Shown: positions 12,370-26,389, counted from the first letter of the whole stretch. The stretch: DNA of 63,426 nt, filler included, from Reticulomyxa filosa (GCA_000512085.1; 18 parts of 18 records of this genome joined end to end with filler, not necessarily neighbours in it), one strand, 5' to 3'. The notes: generated from the letters alone by a model not told the origin. Translations and numbers: made by a program.

Positions 12370-12751
12370 TGTCAAACCCCCGATAAGTAGTCCAGTTTTA
12401 AGTTAGTAATAAAGTAAATTGGAGATCATGGGTTTTGGTGCTGGAGGTCTGTAATATAAGGAGCTGTGAGGCCTGATTGCATTGTAATGTTTACGCCAAT
12501 TTTCTATGATGACTTTTGCTTCATTTAAAGAGTAAAAAGATTCACCATTTAGTAATTCATCCCTAAGGCTGCCATTAAATCTTTCATTAAATCCATTTTC
12601 CCATGGGCCCCCTAGTGAGATACAGGCAGTCTTTACCTTGGGCACTGCAAGCCATGTTTCCAGTGTTTTAGCGGTAAATCCACTACCATTGTCTGAGCGA
12701 ATAAAGCCTGGCGTTGCTTCAGTTAAAAACAGCTCATATAAAACATCTGAT
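12370..12751 (-). mobile_element. IS3-family element, right end with OrfB integrase core
   Basis: IRSDNG...PWENGFNERFNGSLRDELLN...WRKHYNAIRPHSSL; terminal IR ...CTGGACTACTTATCGGGGGTTTGACA ending in CA at 12370. Confidence 0.9.
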
Positions 12752-12851
12752 NNNNNNNNNNNNNNNNNNNNNNNNNNNNNNNNNNNNNNNNNNNNTTAAT
12801 TAATTAANNNNNNNNNNNNNNNNNNNNNNNNNNNNNNNNNNNNNNNNNNNN

Positions 12852-14930
12852 CAATTACAATTACCAAACATTTGATATATTCCACCAAATCAACACGGAT
12901 CATACCAATTCTACATCGGAAATGTCTCCACGCATCTTTGTTGTGTCATCATTTGGAGCCACATATACATAACCACAAGCATATTAATAACAGCAATGGA
13001 TATTTGATTAAGTAGGCATATCGAGTGCTTGATTGAAAGTTTTGTTTGCCTAGTTGGATGTGATTGTGTGGTCATAAGCACATAATGTTTATTGTCATTG
13101 TGCTTCGCTTCTATTAATATCATCAATATTAATTAAAATTTTGGTGACACATGTCAACACTTTTATTGATTGATTGTGTCAATTCTCTATGATATCCACT
13201 TGCTTCTCTTGATTGACGATTCATTAGCACTTGTTATGTATCTTGATATAATTCATATATTTGATCGATATTTTTTTTCTTTTTAATCTACTTTTCTATC
13301 TATTTTTCTTTCAATCGAAACCTAAAAGATCAATGTTCATATTGTTTTGATTAAGACATACCACAACAACTAAACATATGATAAAAGCAATATAGACCTT
13401 CTATGATTGATCACATTTACTCGAATATTCAATCTAGCCAGCACCACTTGCATTTGGATTCACCACAACTGTGATAAAGCTGTCCTTCCTGGATTGTACC
13501 TATAATATATGCAGATTTATTAATGTGCAACAAAGCAATTCATTTAAATTGTGATTTCAACATACCAAGAGAAGATAGAGCCGCAATTGTGTACTTCTGT
13601 AAATTGATTATGTTCATATCGTCTTTATACTTGATAATGGCCCAGATAAAGTTACATTTCAATATTGGTAATCTGATTGTGGATAGCCAATTGATGAATT
13701 TGTGAAGCATCACAAATTATTTATTTTCTGGACATTGACAAATGCAATTACGTTCAATCCTTTTCCAGAAAACTTATATTCACTTGATTATATAACAAAT
13801 TGGAATTAACGTCAGTCAATTGCCATGTTCGATAGTCGATTGATCGGGTAACATGATTTGGAATGATGCAATTTGAATAACACATTATCGAGGAGTTCAT
13901 AGTACCAATACAATCCAATATCAACAATAAGATATCGAATACTTCGTATTTGGGTGCTGACTTTGCTGGAAATATTATGGATAATCTATAACGCTTTCAT
14001 TCGGACAACAATTTTTGCTGTTGCAAATCTATCTATCTATATTTATGTGTGTATATATATATATATGAATAACAAACCAATTGAAGATGATCAAAGAAAG
14101 ATAAAGAGATTACTGCTTTTTGCAAATTGAATAAAATCAATTGATATTCTTCTACTTTTGATGCGATATTTGAGCCATAGGATTTGACCAAGTGGACCGA
14201 CATTGCTTCAACGCGGAATGAGATCGAATTTGTGTTTACAATTGCAGGACTATATTTATTGGTGATACTAGTGATCTTTGAAACGCAATCATTACTATAA
14301 CGACAGAATGTTGTATTTATAATTTGTGCGCTGCGAAAAGAATTTCATTTATTTCTTGGCTCGTATAATATCCACCAATTTGTATTGACCGATTAGAGGT
14401 CGTACTTCCGATATTGAAAACCGATCCAACATCTTTACGCGTCTTTTGCATTGACAATAGGTCCGCTGCATCATTACTTTCGGTATATTGCTTGCATGTC
14501 ACATTTGTTGTAGTTTTGTGACTCATCCTTCCAACAAGACAGCAGGTTTGACTTTGTGTTTCTTTGCATCCACTTCTTCTTCATTTGCGATTTCACCACC
14601 TATACCAACAGTAGACTAGTGTATTCTAGTTACTGTAAACACAAAATCAACAAACAACAGTTAATGCAAATTGTTTAGAAAGACAAAGGTAATCAATATT
14701 TCTTTAACTCCGATATTTTTTCCAAAGGCATTCCATCATTGAATTATTCCTTCCACTCTTTGCCGACGACAGCTCCTGTTTTTTACAATCAAATTGCAAA
14801 TGTTACACATTATTATCATACACACAAAGATCATAACAATTATATCTTGGAAATTGCTCCACTTGTCCCTGGTTTCATTTTCATCTTCATTGGTCTACTC
14901 TTCCTGCTATCCTCGCGCAGGATAACAATC
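12852..14930 (-). pseudogene. Heavily decayed coding sequence, family unknown
   Basis: Short coding-like blocks with many stops, separated by intron-like (TA)n tracts. Confidence 0.25.
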
Positions 14931-15156
14931 ACTTAAAAAAAAATTAAAAGATATTTTAATTATAATTTTTTTTCTTTTTTTCACTTTCTTTATTATTTTT
15001 TTCATTTCTTTANNNNNNNNNNNNNNNNNNNNNNNNNNNNNNNNNNNNNNNNNNNNTTAATTAATTAANNNNNNNNNNNNNNNNNNNNNNNNNNNNNNNN
15101 NNNNNNNNNNNNTTTTTTTTTTTTTTTTTTTTAAAACAAAAAAAAAAAAAAAAAAG

Positions 15157-15726
15157 TCAGTTGCAAATTAAAGAAGCAGGGTGTGAAGAGACTTGGTTTC
15201 GATATGCAAAATGCTTGCAATCGATGGAAAGACTTGTGCAAGCATGTCGAGACACGGAAGAACCCTTTGTCCAGTGTGTTGTTGTTAAGGACTTTGTTTT
15301 TATTTATTTTTTTTAATAAACAAATAAAGACAAAGACAATCAGAAAACGAGATCAAAGTTGCAATTATTGATGGGTCTTTTTTTTTTTTTTTTTTTTTTT
15401 TGTAGAAAGCAGGAAATATGGATTTGGTTCCACAAGATCCTGGTCCATTGCAAAGACCACCTGCCTACTCTGGGTTCATTTGGCGAGATATTCCGCAGTA
15501 TCGAAATTGGATAAAAAATCGAAACGAATTTTTAAAAACTCACCCCGACTGGTTCAGCGAAGACGATGTTGAAATCATGACTCCCAAACAATTGTATGAA
15601 TTTGCTTCCAAAAAAGAAGAATGGCTTGATCACGGTGATGTCAAGTTCAATTCCACCTTTGCCGTCCCCCAAAGATATCAAGAATATGTTCCTTTCAAAG
15701 ACTACAACATTGCACCAAGAAACTGA
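15157..15726 (+). CDS. Twin CX9C protein, NDUFA8-like (complex I), 3' exons
   Basis: In a frame missing from the ORF track: LQIKEAG-C-EETWFRYAK-C-LQSMERLVQA-C-RDTEEPFVQ-C-VV, spliced to KAGNMDLVPQDPG... Confidence 0.6.
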
Positions 15727-17489
15727 GTTGAAAGAGAGGGACACTCGTTACAAAAAAAAAAAAAAAAATTTGCTACATTTCAAATTTTTTTTTTTTTGAA
15801 TTCTTTCGTTCTTCATCAAATCACTTCATTTTTGGTGATGCCATGGAATTTTTTTTTTTTGCGTGTTGATTTTTTTTTCCTCTCCAATAACAAAACAACA
15901 TAATTCGCGATAAACTACTCCCCTTTCCACATAACAAAGCCCCCCCCCCCCAAATTGACCTTTGTATTAAGATTTCGAGTTCACGCTGAGATAAGGTTTG
16001 TTTTTAAACCAATTTGCTAAAAAATTCAAAAAGTGTTAAAAATTGGGTTTACTCACTAAGTAATACTTTTCCTGCTTCCAAGACAAATAAAAAAGTGGCA
16101 ATGTTTTGAATGGATTACTCACAAACTTTCTGCAATATGACCCAAAGTGTGTAGAGTCTTGGCATTTAAATCTTTACACTATATATTTGGATATAAATAA
16201 ATTAAAAACTATATTGGATGATATACCATCTTGCATATTTTTTGTTTTAAAGAAAAAAAAAAAAAAAAAAAAAGATAACTGAAAAAGGAAGACAAGGCTT
16301 GTGTAAAGGCAATCAACTAGGCATGATATCTTTTGAAATTTCAAATGTTGATATCAAAAGTGGGATATATTCACCTTCCCTTTGGACCACACATTGCAAC
16401 TTGTATCTCTCATGCGCAAGCGAAAAGAAAAAAAAAAAAAAAANNNNNNNNNNNNNNNNNNNNNNNNNNNNNNNNNNNNNNNNNNNNTTAATTAATTAAN
16501 NNNNNNNNNNNNNNNNNNNNNNNNNNNNNNNNNNNNNNNNNNNTCACCTCAGCATCCTTGACCCGTTCATCGTGGCCCAAGTGCAACATTACGCTTACTC
16601 GTCGATTGAGCCTATCGGCCCTTCGTAAAAAAACGACTTCAAATGACGTCTGATAAGCATATTCACAAGAGATTGGTTTGTGCAGGTATCTTTTTTGGAG
16701 AGGTTTCATATCTTGTTACTTTTCTGCAAGTCAAAAGGCAGCCAATCAATTTTTTTTGAGATGATCGCTTTTCTCACCCAATCAAAAAAAAACAAAGTGT
16801 AAAACGATTGCAACGTACACAAAACTCAATAATGTTAGGACGTTTAGCTGAGCGCAACAACGCAATTGACCCAATATCGAAAGTGACATTGAAAATAAAC
16901 ATGCGGTATTTTTATACCAATTTTCAACCGTGGAAATCTTCAATTGTATGAATGGAACAACTATATACAGATATTGGAATGATGGCACATATATTGCGAT
17001 GTCTCCAAATTTGCAAACAAAAATTAATGTAAGAAATTGTATGTTATTATAGATATTTTTGGTATTTAGTGATATTAGTATATCGGATAAATTTAAAGAT
17101 GTGTTTGTTATGTTTCGCCATTGTATTAGATGGCTAGGCAATGTGGCAGTCCCTATGATACATTATAAATTTGATTATATGATATGAAGGGATGGTCATT
17201 GAGTATTCTTGCACAGAACACTTGTTCTTACTTTTATTGGGTTTAACTAGTTACTTTTTTCACTTAACTTTTTTTTGATTTTTTGATGGAGATTATGACT
17301 TAGGTGAAAAGAATTTTTAAATGATAGAAAGACCATTTTTTTTTCATTAAGCCATTGTGAATAAAGCAAAGCACAACAAATTTCATTTTCCCAATAAATT
17401 CGGCATTTCTATAAACCGTTTAACATCCATTCAAGTATATTCGTTGCCACAACTTTATTTGTTTTTCTCTTAAAGTAGCTTTATTACCT

Positions 17490-17837
17490 TGGCATCCTGC
17501 CCAATAAGAGAGGGGCAAACTGAGGAAAAAATATTGAGTGAAAACCTCTTGGATATTGCAACAGCACCATGAAATTCTCGTTGGTATTGATGGCACTGCA
17601 TGTATTGAATGCATTCGTGGTGTCAAACGTGAATCTACAAACTTCAAGCTGGAACACAACGAATGGACAAACACACTTAAATAATCACGACAATACGATT
17701 ATATTAATGATGTCACGGAATAAGTTGCTCAACCAATATTTCAACAATGTGTGAAAATCAAAAAGGTGTACCTATTTGCAATGTCCAAAAGTCTACAACG
17801 ACATGACAATTGTATTGGCAGTGGAAAATTTTCAACA
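17490..17837 (+). pseudogene. Pseudogene exon with in-frame TAA stops
   Basis: WILQQHHEILVGIDGTACIECIRGVKRE...TLK*SRQYDYINDVTE*VAQPIFQQC. Confidence 0.35.
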
Positions 17838-17937
17838 NNNNNNNNNNNNNNNNNNNNNNNNNNNNNNNNNNNNNNNNNNNNTTAATTAATTAANNNNNNN
17901 NNNNNNNNNNNNNNNNNNNNNNNNNNNNNNNNNNNNN

Positions 17938-18969
17938 TTATTTATTTACAAAACTGGATACATTTCTGCTAAATCATGAATAATTTCTTTACATAATTTT
18001 CGTGGTGTTGAGCCCATAAATCGTTTTGTGAATCCACTCATATCAAATATCATTACATGTTTATATATTAACTTATTATATTTATTGCTTAAATAAGATT
18101 TTAAATTACCTAATCTTTTTTTTTTTAATATAAATATTTATATTATTTATATTATTTATATTATTTATATATATAAATATACTTACTTGGTCATAAATCG
18201 ATATTTAGCGACTTTAATAATGAGAGGATTTCTGGAATAGACATCTTCCAAAGTGGTTAAATCCAAGCTTCCTAAGCGATCATACACAATTGGATGTCCC
18301 ATGTTGTCAACTCCGTAAATATACATTTCCCAACTTTTCATCACTTTCATCTCGTCTTCACTCGCTTTTGTTCCCATTATTTCATTTAACTTCAGTTCTT
18401 CGAATGTTTTCATATATCTCTCCAAATGCTCACATGTTACATTCATACGTTTTTTGGGCTGTTTATAAAACATACATATATTATATTATGTGTATATTTT
18501 TTAAATAAATTTATTTATTTATTTCTTCCCTCTTTTTTTTTTTTTTTTGCATACGTATTGACAAATATTTACACTCTTTTTTTTTTTTTAAAAAAAAAAC
18601 TTTTTCATGGCTATATCCCAATACAAATCGTAAGAGTAGATCGGGCTGATGTGCAAATGTGGTAGTTAGCTTTTTTTTATATTTTTGAGATAACGCTTCC
18701 ATATACTCGTTATCTGCTTTTGAGAGAATTATTTGGTGCTCCATTGGGGACACGTTTATTCGCTTTGGAAATATATCTATGCTCTCGTTATTTCTTTCAT
18801 TTCCATTCAATTCTTTGCAGGGTATCATTTCTGTCTTTTCAAATTGCATACCTTCTGCTATCTTTTGTTCCAATTGACTCTTTTCTCCTTCTACTTTTTC
18901 TGTACTTTTGTCACCAGAGTCTACAAGCTTGCTCTCCTCAATCAAGGCTGTTGTCACAAGTATGCTCAT
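17938..18969 (-). CDS. Sec14/CRAL-TRIO lipid-binding protein, 3' truncated
   Basis: DLLLRFVLG; YIYGVDNMGHPIVYDRLG; KHVMIFDMSGF...EMYP, across three exons. Confidence 0.85.
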
Positions 18970-20826
18970 TGTCTACTTGTTAAAAAAAACAAATCAAAAA
19001 AAAGTTGGCCAAAAAATTAGCAGTTTTTTTGGATTATGTTGACAGCCTTACCGAGACTTAAAAAATCCTTTGTTGATGATAAATCGCAATACTGAAGATT
19101 GCCAACCTTTTGGATTGCCAGAAACCTTTTTTGTAAAATTTTTTTACTATGAAATGTTTTTTAATTTCAATGATGGTCTCATCATTCAAGTACGCATAAC
19201 AGAACAATGTTATATGTACAAACATTACGTATACGTCCTTTCTTTCTGCGATCTATTTTCCGTTTTTTGTTGTTTCCACGTTCTGGAATAATGCAAGGCG
19301 TAAGTTAGGCTAATCTTACAAAGCATGTTTATTCACTCATAAATTTGACAAGTATTGCATAAAAGAAAAAAATATTTTTAAAGCAAACTACTCCAGTACA
19401 AGATACTAGAGATATAATCGACTTTTAAATTTTTTTATTAAATTTAATTTTCGTTTTATCTTTTCTCAACAAACAAAAATCTTGTTCAATCAAATGCTAC
19501 GTTTTGTCAGAAGCACAACATTACACAATAATAATCACTGCTAAGCATTAAATGAAAAACTATAAGCAAAGAAACAAGTAATAGTGCAAAGACAGCAGAG
19601 TAATTAGTAGTGAAACCAACTGTTCTGTACGTGATATCGTTGTCTTAACAATGATATATTTAAACATCTGCCAATTAATAAAACAATAGCAATGTACTAG
19701 TGGCTTTAAAGTAATCACTTTTTTCATAAGCATTATTTATTCATCTGTTTCACTTTATTGTGATTTCAAGTTTATTTTCATTATTTAATTTATTTTTATA
19801 TTTTGTTAGAATTTATTCGAAAAAACTAATCATTAGTACCACTTACTCTACATTTTCCATATGCTATTGCCGTGAGCTATTTTTTGTTATTGAAAAAATG
19901 TCAAAAATAAGATATTTCAAGGATTTGACTAACTTAATTTGATATTATCAAGTGAACTAATTTTAAGTATAAATCCGAAAGAATTTAAATATAAGTCCGA
20001 AAGAATTTAAGCAAAAGTAATTGTAAGTTGGCGAAGTCGTTATTTGTCAGATAAATGTATTATCATGCTGAACTAAATTATATGGAACAATCAAAACTCA
20101 ATATAAAGTTATGCAAGTATTGTTATGTTTCAGGACAATACATTGGAAATTTCAGATGATAGACAGCTTGAAGCGAGATTTGATGTATTGAGTGAATGTT
20201 TACTTATATTGGTGCACAAATCAAGTTCAATCATATTGGAAGATAGATATCATTGGAATTAATCCAAATTGATTTAAATAATGAGGAAAACGTCGTATTA
20301 GAATATAAACAATGAACATGTATTGTGAACAACATTATTTTGTTGGTATTTGTTGATATTGTTCTCATTTATCGGTATTTATTTTTAATACTTGACCTGT
20401 TTGATATAATAAATTATTAGAGCGTAATTATGTTGTCTTACATTTCAATTTGCAAACGCTGTTTTCGCACATATTCTTCATTTTTGTTTTTTTAATGAGT
20501 TACAATATATCTAGGTACTCCACTTACAATTTTTTAAAGTGTATTTCCATTTGAATTCGTTTAAATGTTAATTGATAAGTGTTACCAAACTATCCTTTCA
20601 AATCACTAAAGAGTATATAAAAGATTACCACAACATGAACTGAAATTTAGTTAATTTAAAAGTGTTTTATTTAGAGAAGAGAATTTGTAGTCGTGTTTGA
20701 AACATGAACAACAGTTAAAAAAAGATTAATGATAACAGCTCTTTGTCAGGAAAGTTGTGTTGCTTATGCTTCCCCTCTTTTTTTTGGAAAATCGTTTGAA
20801 CGTCAATTGCAATATCGCAAAAAACC

Positions 20827-21192
20827 ATGTCAACAACTTCTCTGACAGATTTTCCTTTGGCAATATTGGTGCATACATTTTCGTATTTGATAGATAAAGC
20901 CCCATTTGCGGACAGTCTGGTACTGGTGAACAAGCTGTTTCGACGAGTGACGTACACGCACCCGCTGATTGCGTTGCGTTTTGTGGTGCGAGTGGACCCA
21001 TCGTTTAAGCTTAAAGAAAAGCAGATACTGCAAATCGGCATAGGCAACATAAGTGATGCATACGGAAAGCGAAGCGTGTTAATCAAGGACGAGAAGCCCT
21101 TCTTCAGCAGCATCTTTCCATTGAAATCAATGCGAATGTTCCACATGACCGAGGCTTGTACCTTGGAGGCTACCTTTCCAATCCTTTTCAAA
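20827..21192 (+). CDS. F-box protein, first exon
   Basis: SLTDFPLAILVHTFSYL...SLVLVNKLFRRV fits the F-box consensus; GTT donor at 21193. Confidence 0.7.
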
Positions 21193-21340
21193 GTTTACCT
21201 TTCAATTTTTTTTTTTTTTTTTNNNNNNNNNNNNNNNNNNNNNNNNNNNNNNNNNNNNNNNNNNNNTTAATTAATTAANNNNNNNNNNNNNNNNNNNNNN
21301 NNNNNNNNNNNNNNNNNNNNNNGATTTAAAATAAAAAATA

Positions 21341-21341
21341 A

Positions 21342-21388
<47 letters not shown>
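21341..21388. repeat. (ATA)n microsatellite in an intron
   Basis: Seen directly. Confidence 0.95.
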
Positions 21389-21389
<1 letters not shown>

Positions 21390-21407
21390 GATACAAATAA
21401 AATCTAC

Positions 21408-22777
21408 CAAAATATATCGCGAAATGATGTTGTTGAAGTCATCAATCCACCCCATTCTAATATACAAGGAATGAACCCAACGTTCTACTATAAGTTTAAT
21501 TTCTCTTTGTTTCTATTTGGTTTCATCAATAAGTAAGAAAAATGGACTAGGTTATGATTGTGTTGTTTTGTTTCTTCTCCTCTTCCTTTCTCTTGATCGT
21601 ATTATACCACACAAATGACTAAAACAAAAAACAAAAACAAAAACAAAAACATGTGATATATAACATTCTTCAGCATTTTAATTTGTAATTCAGGCCTCAT
21701 TCCTTCAAGCTCTTTTCTTTCTTTTTTAATCTTTTCTCTTTCTCTCTCAATGTCCACTTTTTTAATAAATGCATTCACCCATTCATTTGCATTTGTTTTC
21801 AAATGTGTTGACACAGTCTTATTGCCTTCAAATCCACCGAGAATATGTACCCACGTGCGGTCATCATTCAAGATCCCCGCACAGCCATACAATGGGACGG
21901 GCAAGGTTTGTTCAAATTGTATCCATTTGTCCTGTCTTATGGAATACATATGTAATGCCTTGGAGACAACCATTTCTGCACCAAGATAGCCATTCCACCC
22001 ACCAAAAAATAAGATGGCACCATCAATATACACATACGCATAAAAATTGAATTCCCCAATTGTTTCACAAACTTGTAATCGGCGACATTGAAATGCATTT
22101 TTGTATTCGTCATATGCGATCAATAAGCCTGTCTTTTCGCTAAACAATATCATTACATCTCTGTGTTTTCTTCCTTTTATTTTTGCACTGTTTGCCGTTA
22201 TTGACACAAAACAGTGATTACATATTGATGTATTCCCAGTCGGTAATGTATTATGACTGACATATTGATAGGTATTCAAATCGAATACATCAAGCTTCTT
22301 CGAAGGATAAGTGATAAATAACAAATGATTATGGCTTCCACCGATCACTGCACGCACTCCCCAATAATTATCTCGGTCTCCTCCAATTGTCACTATATTG
22401 TTGTCATTGTCAGTGAAAGGCAGCCATTCGTTGCAATGTCTTGTGTCTGTCGTCTCAATGTCCTCATCTTCTTCCCAAACACTTACATAGTTCATCATCA
22501 ATGTGTGTTTATATTTCCCACCAAAAGACAACAAAGTCATTTCATTTCGATTGCTATCTCTCAGCTTCACCACACAGTGTCCAAATAAGCGTACATCATT
22601 TGGATAGGAGCAAATTAGTTTGTATTGATTTCTAAGTGTGTGATAGGAATAACAAACCCTTTTATCTGCGCCTCCACAAATGATAATTTCTTGTTTATAA
22701 GTCACGCACTGACAAAGAGAAAGTGGAGTAGGCAAAGATGTCAAAGGTGCAAAGGAATTAGCATCATTTAATTTCAT
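21408..22777 (-). CDS. Kelch-like beta-propeller + coiled coil + 35-aa module exon; probably continues off the contig
   Basis: Repeated GG motifs (ICGG, SFGG, VIGG, FFGG, ILGG) with Y/W spacing. Exon 21512-21408 reads KQREIKLIVERWVHSLYIRMGWIDDFNNIISRYIL and is followed by a GT donor. Confidence 0.85.
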
Positions 22778-23716
22778 TTGAAAGAGGTAAATGCAAGCTA
22801 TTTATAATTGAAAGTTTGATTATACGTTTTAATGAAATGATAAATTTTGTTTGGAAGGATTTGAACTTTTGTATTTCAGGTTAAACGGAAAGAGACGAAA
22901 CGTGCTTTAGATGTTCAAAAATGTGTAACTGCGCAATAAAAGATATCTCAAAAACTTGATTTACAAAAAATTTAAAATATTTCTTCCAGGCACAACCCTA
23001 TTACTTTTATGACTGTACCAAAGTTATTTTTTAAAAAAAATTTCTGATATAAATTTATATGTGAAATTCACTGAAGGCAAAAAAATTTTAACAAAAAAAA
23101 AAATGGAGCCATTTAATGAATTTTTGTTTTAATTCTGGATATCTTAGTTTGGTTTTTATTTGCTTACTTACACTTGTAACATTCTATCCATCTTTAAAGA
23201 CAAAAAATTACATAGTTACAAGTTTGCACCTAGCTCAAGACAATAAAATTAACTTTTTGGTTTATATTTTTTCTTTATTTTTTTGGTATTTCGCTGCAAT
23301 AAACATTTAAGAATAATATAATTATGCGGATCATAACAAAATTAAGTTTTATCGAAGACAAAAGTATGGTTTTTTTAATGTGTGTAGAATAACATGAAAA
23401 ACGTCACTGTTTCTTTATTTTTGAAAATTTTGACGTTAAAAATTTTAGGTACAAGGTCATAAACTTAATTGTGTATGTAGATTTTAAAATTTCAAATCTT
23501 GAGATTTCAATTATATTGATATATTTATGTATTTGAAAGTCATGGAATAAGTTTCGGTAAACTGTCTTATAAGGAGTAAAAATAAGTATTTTTATAATCT
23601 TTTTTACTCATTTCCTTCCAAAAATGATTAAGATCATGTTGAATAAGTACCTGTTATCATTGTCATCATTATGACGTGTTTCTTTTGTAAAGGGCGGTGG
23701 TTGGAGCAAAAAATTG

Positions 23717-24505
23717 ATGAAAGAGATGACAACATTGATATCAATACTGCAGCTTCTTGTGCTATTTTTTCCATTATTCGGTGCTTGTGACTGTAATATC
23801 CGAGGAATTCATCCAAAGTGTTGCGTGCAAGAAATTTCTGGAAACATGTTCTTTTTTTGTGCCTCATCTCATAGCGAGCAATGATTGTAGTGCTTTTCAG
23901 CAACTAGGAGAAAAAAATGTGTGTTGGCATGGGGGGGGGGGGGGGACAACAGTTTGCGCGTTATACACACAGGCGGCATTTTCTTGTGGAGGGTCTTCCA
24001 ATCAGCGAATTCCAGCAAAGTTTGTAAACGACGACTACTGTGACTGTGTAGAAACAGGAGCAGACGAGCCGGGTAAGAAATTAAAAAAAAAAAAACGTTA
24101 AATAAGATAATAATCTCTTTTAGGAAAAAAAAAAAAAAAAAAAGGTCGAGCGCATGCAACAATGGAAAATTTTATTGTCAAAACAAGGGCTACCGTGGCG
24201 AGTACGTGTTGTCATCGTTGGTGAATGACGGCATATGCGATTGTTGCGACGGGTCAGACGAGTGGAACACAGACGTGAAGTGTGAAAACACATGTTTGAA
24301 ATGGGCCGAAGAAGCGCTGAAAGAGCTGAAAGTGCAGCAAAAAAAGTATGAATTCGGGCTGGAGAAAAAACGCCAATTGGTCGAACAGGGCAACAACAAA
24401 CGAGATCAAGCCCTCACCCAAAGGCAAACGCTGCAACAGCGAATCAATGGAGAACAAGCCAACGTCGACCGTTGCGAATCTCTTTATACATACGCACATA
24501 TAAAC

Positions 24506-24540
<35 letters not shown>

Positions 24541-26193
24541 TTTGTTTTATTTTACCTTATTTAGTTCGTTTACATAATTTCATAAAGTATTTGATTTCAC
24601 ACCGTATGATTGCACATGTGTGTGTGTGTGTGTGTAGGACTGAGAGCGCAAAAAGAGGATATGGAAGAACGCGAGTCGAGACGTCGCCAAGAGTTAACAC
24701 AAAAACGCGATAGGGAAAAGCAATCTGCTCAAGAGCAAACACAAGAACAGCACGCGCCAGAAGGTGAAGCGGATCACACACACGACCACGGTCACGAACA
24801 TGAACATGAACATGAACATGAATATGAACATGAGCACGGGCATAGTCATGATCACGATCATGACCACGATCACGGCCATGACCATGACCACGATCATGAC
24901 CACGATCATGGCCATGACCACGGACATGATGATGAACATGAAAAGGAAAAAAAAGATTTTCCTTATCCAGATGCTTACAGACCCCCTCCTGCTGATGTTT
25001 TGTTTTGTTTTTTTAAAAAGAAAATTAAAGGTCTTGACCTATAGTGTTCGACATTTCAATGTTTTTTTTTTTTTTTTTTTTTGTAAATGAATGAATAAAC
25101 GATGAAATGCCAGGAAAAAGAGGAGGAAGACTTTCCCTATCCAGAACAATATCGATACACTGAAGGAGATGAACACCGCAATGAGGACTTTGACTGGAGT
25201 GAGTTTGAGGATAAACATGGCGACGATGAGGAGGAACAATTTATTGCCAATAACGCCGATGGATCAGAGATAAATGATCCAACATTGGAAGGACTACACC
25301 ATGGTATTGTCTCATATGCACTGTGTTTGATCCGAGGGAATAGAGAAAGAGAGAGGCACATATACATATACATGTACATATACATATACATATACATGTA
25401 CATATACATATACATATATATATGTATATATATATTGTATATTTATATATGCATATATACATTGAATATCTCTGAGATCTTATTGTGTTTATTATAATGT
25501 TGAGAAAACAGCCACACAAGAAATTCGAGAGGTGTGGCAAAAAGCAGATGATGAACTGAACGCGTTAAAAGAAATGTTGGGAAATGCCGAAAAATTTTTG
25601 GAGACTGACTTTGGTCCAGATGGCACATTTGCCGTTTTGTTTAATGAGTGCTTTGAAAAAAGTTTTCAAAAGTTGAGAGTCCAAAAAAAAAAAAAAAAGA
25701 GGCTCATTCATTTTTTTATTTTCTTCTCCACAATAGATATACATACAAGTTTTGCCCATTTAAACAAGCCGAGCAAATTGAATCGTCGTCGATTTCCCTT
25801 GGGTTTGTCTATGTTTACATTTACTCACTTAATCCCATCTTTATTAATCTATTCCTCTCTTCTTCTTGCTCTTGAAATTAACAAATATGTATAATATACA
25901 TATAAATATAAATATGTGTATATATTTATTATATTGAAAGTCAATTTGAGTCATTTAATTACAACAATTTACCTATTACCATGCAGTTTACAAATGGCCA
26001 GTCTTGCTGGAAAGGCCCCGAGAGGTCATTAAAAGTACGTTTCAATTGCGCAATTGATCACGAAATTGAAGCTGTAAGTGAACCATCAACATGCACATAC
26101 GAAATGATATTTAACACTCCGTTGGCATGCCGAGAACAAGAGCTGGAGGAACTTCAAAATGCTATTGAAAATCAATTCAAACAAGAACTTTGA
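23717..26193 (+). CDS. PRKCSH: Glucosidase II beta subunit (PRKCSH), about 8 exons
   Basis: Signal peptide; VNDDYCDC..GADEPG; VNDGICDCCDGSDE; DFGPDG; FTNGQSCWKGPERS...VSEPSTCTY (MRH domain); C-terminal KQEL. Confidence 0.95.
24775..24940 (+). repeat. Coding His-Asp/His-Glu dipeptide repeat
   Basis: HTHDHGHEHEHEHEHEYEHEHGHSHDHDHDHD... with varied codons. Confidence 0.9.
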
Positions 26194-26389
26194 ACTTTAT
26201 TTTATTTTTTTTTTTAGCCTGCTGTCCTTTCGATCACATGCTAATACCAACAAAAATCAAAAATCTAAATCGACTGTTGAGGATACAAACAGAGAAAAGA
26301 TGACAATGACCTTAATTCAAGCAAAAAAAGATTCGTCTAACTTTATTAAGATCTGTTTTCATTCCTTTTCTTCTTGAAACTGGCTAAAA

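Noticed and set aside
8027-12851. Bacterial genes integrated in the eukaryotic genome
   Set aside because: The segment is a separate contig with no host-bacterial junction sequence.
15183-15371. ORF MKRLGFDMQNAC...
   Set aside because: Wrong frame; the twin-CX9C frame splices correctly to the next exon.
17490-17837. Stop-codon reassignment (in-frame TAA)
   Set aside because: Intact genes end in TAA, TAG and TGA and have no internal stops; pseudogenisation is sufficient.
19974-20010. Direct repeat TCCGAAAGAATTTAA x2
   Set aside because: Isolated short tandem duplication with no associated element.
24073-24144. Non-canonical splice site in PRKCSH intron 2
   Set aside because: The frame is off by one next to an A run and GG, so a base-call error is more likely.
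24694-25540. Met/Ile/Tyr/Cys-rich ORFs (also 27889-28303, 37545-37898, 39694-39984)
   Set aside because: These are alternative-frame or antisense translations of simple repeats.
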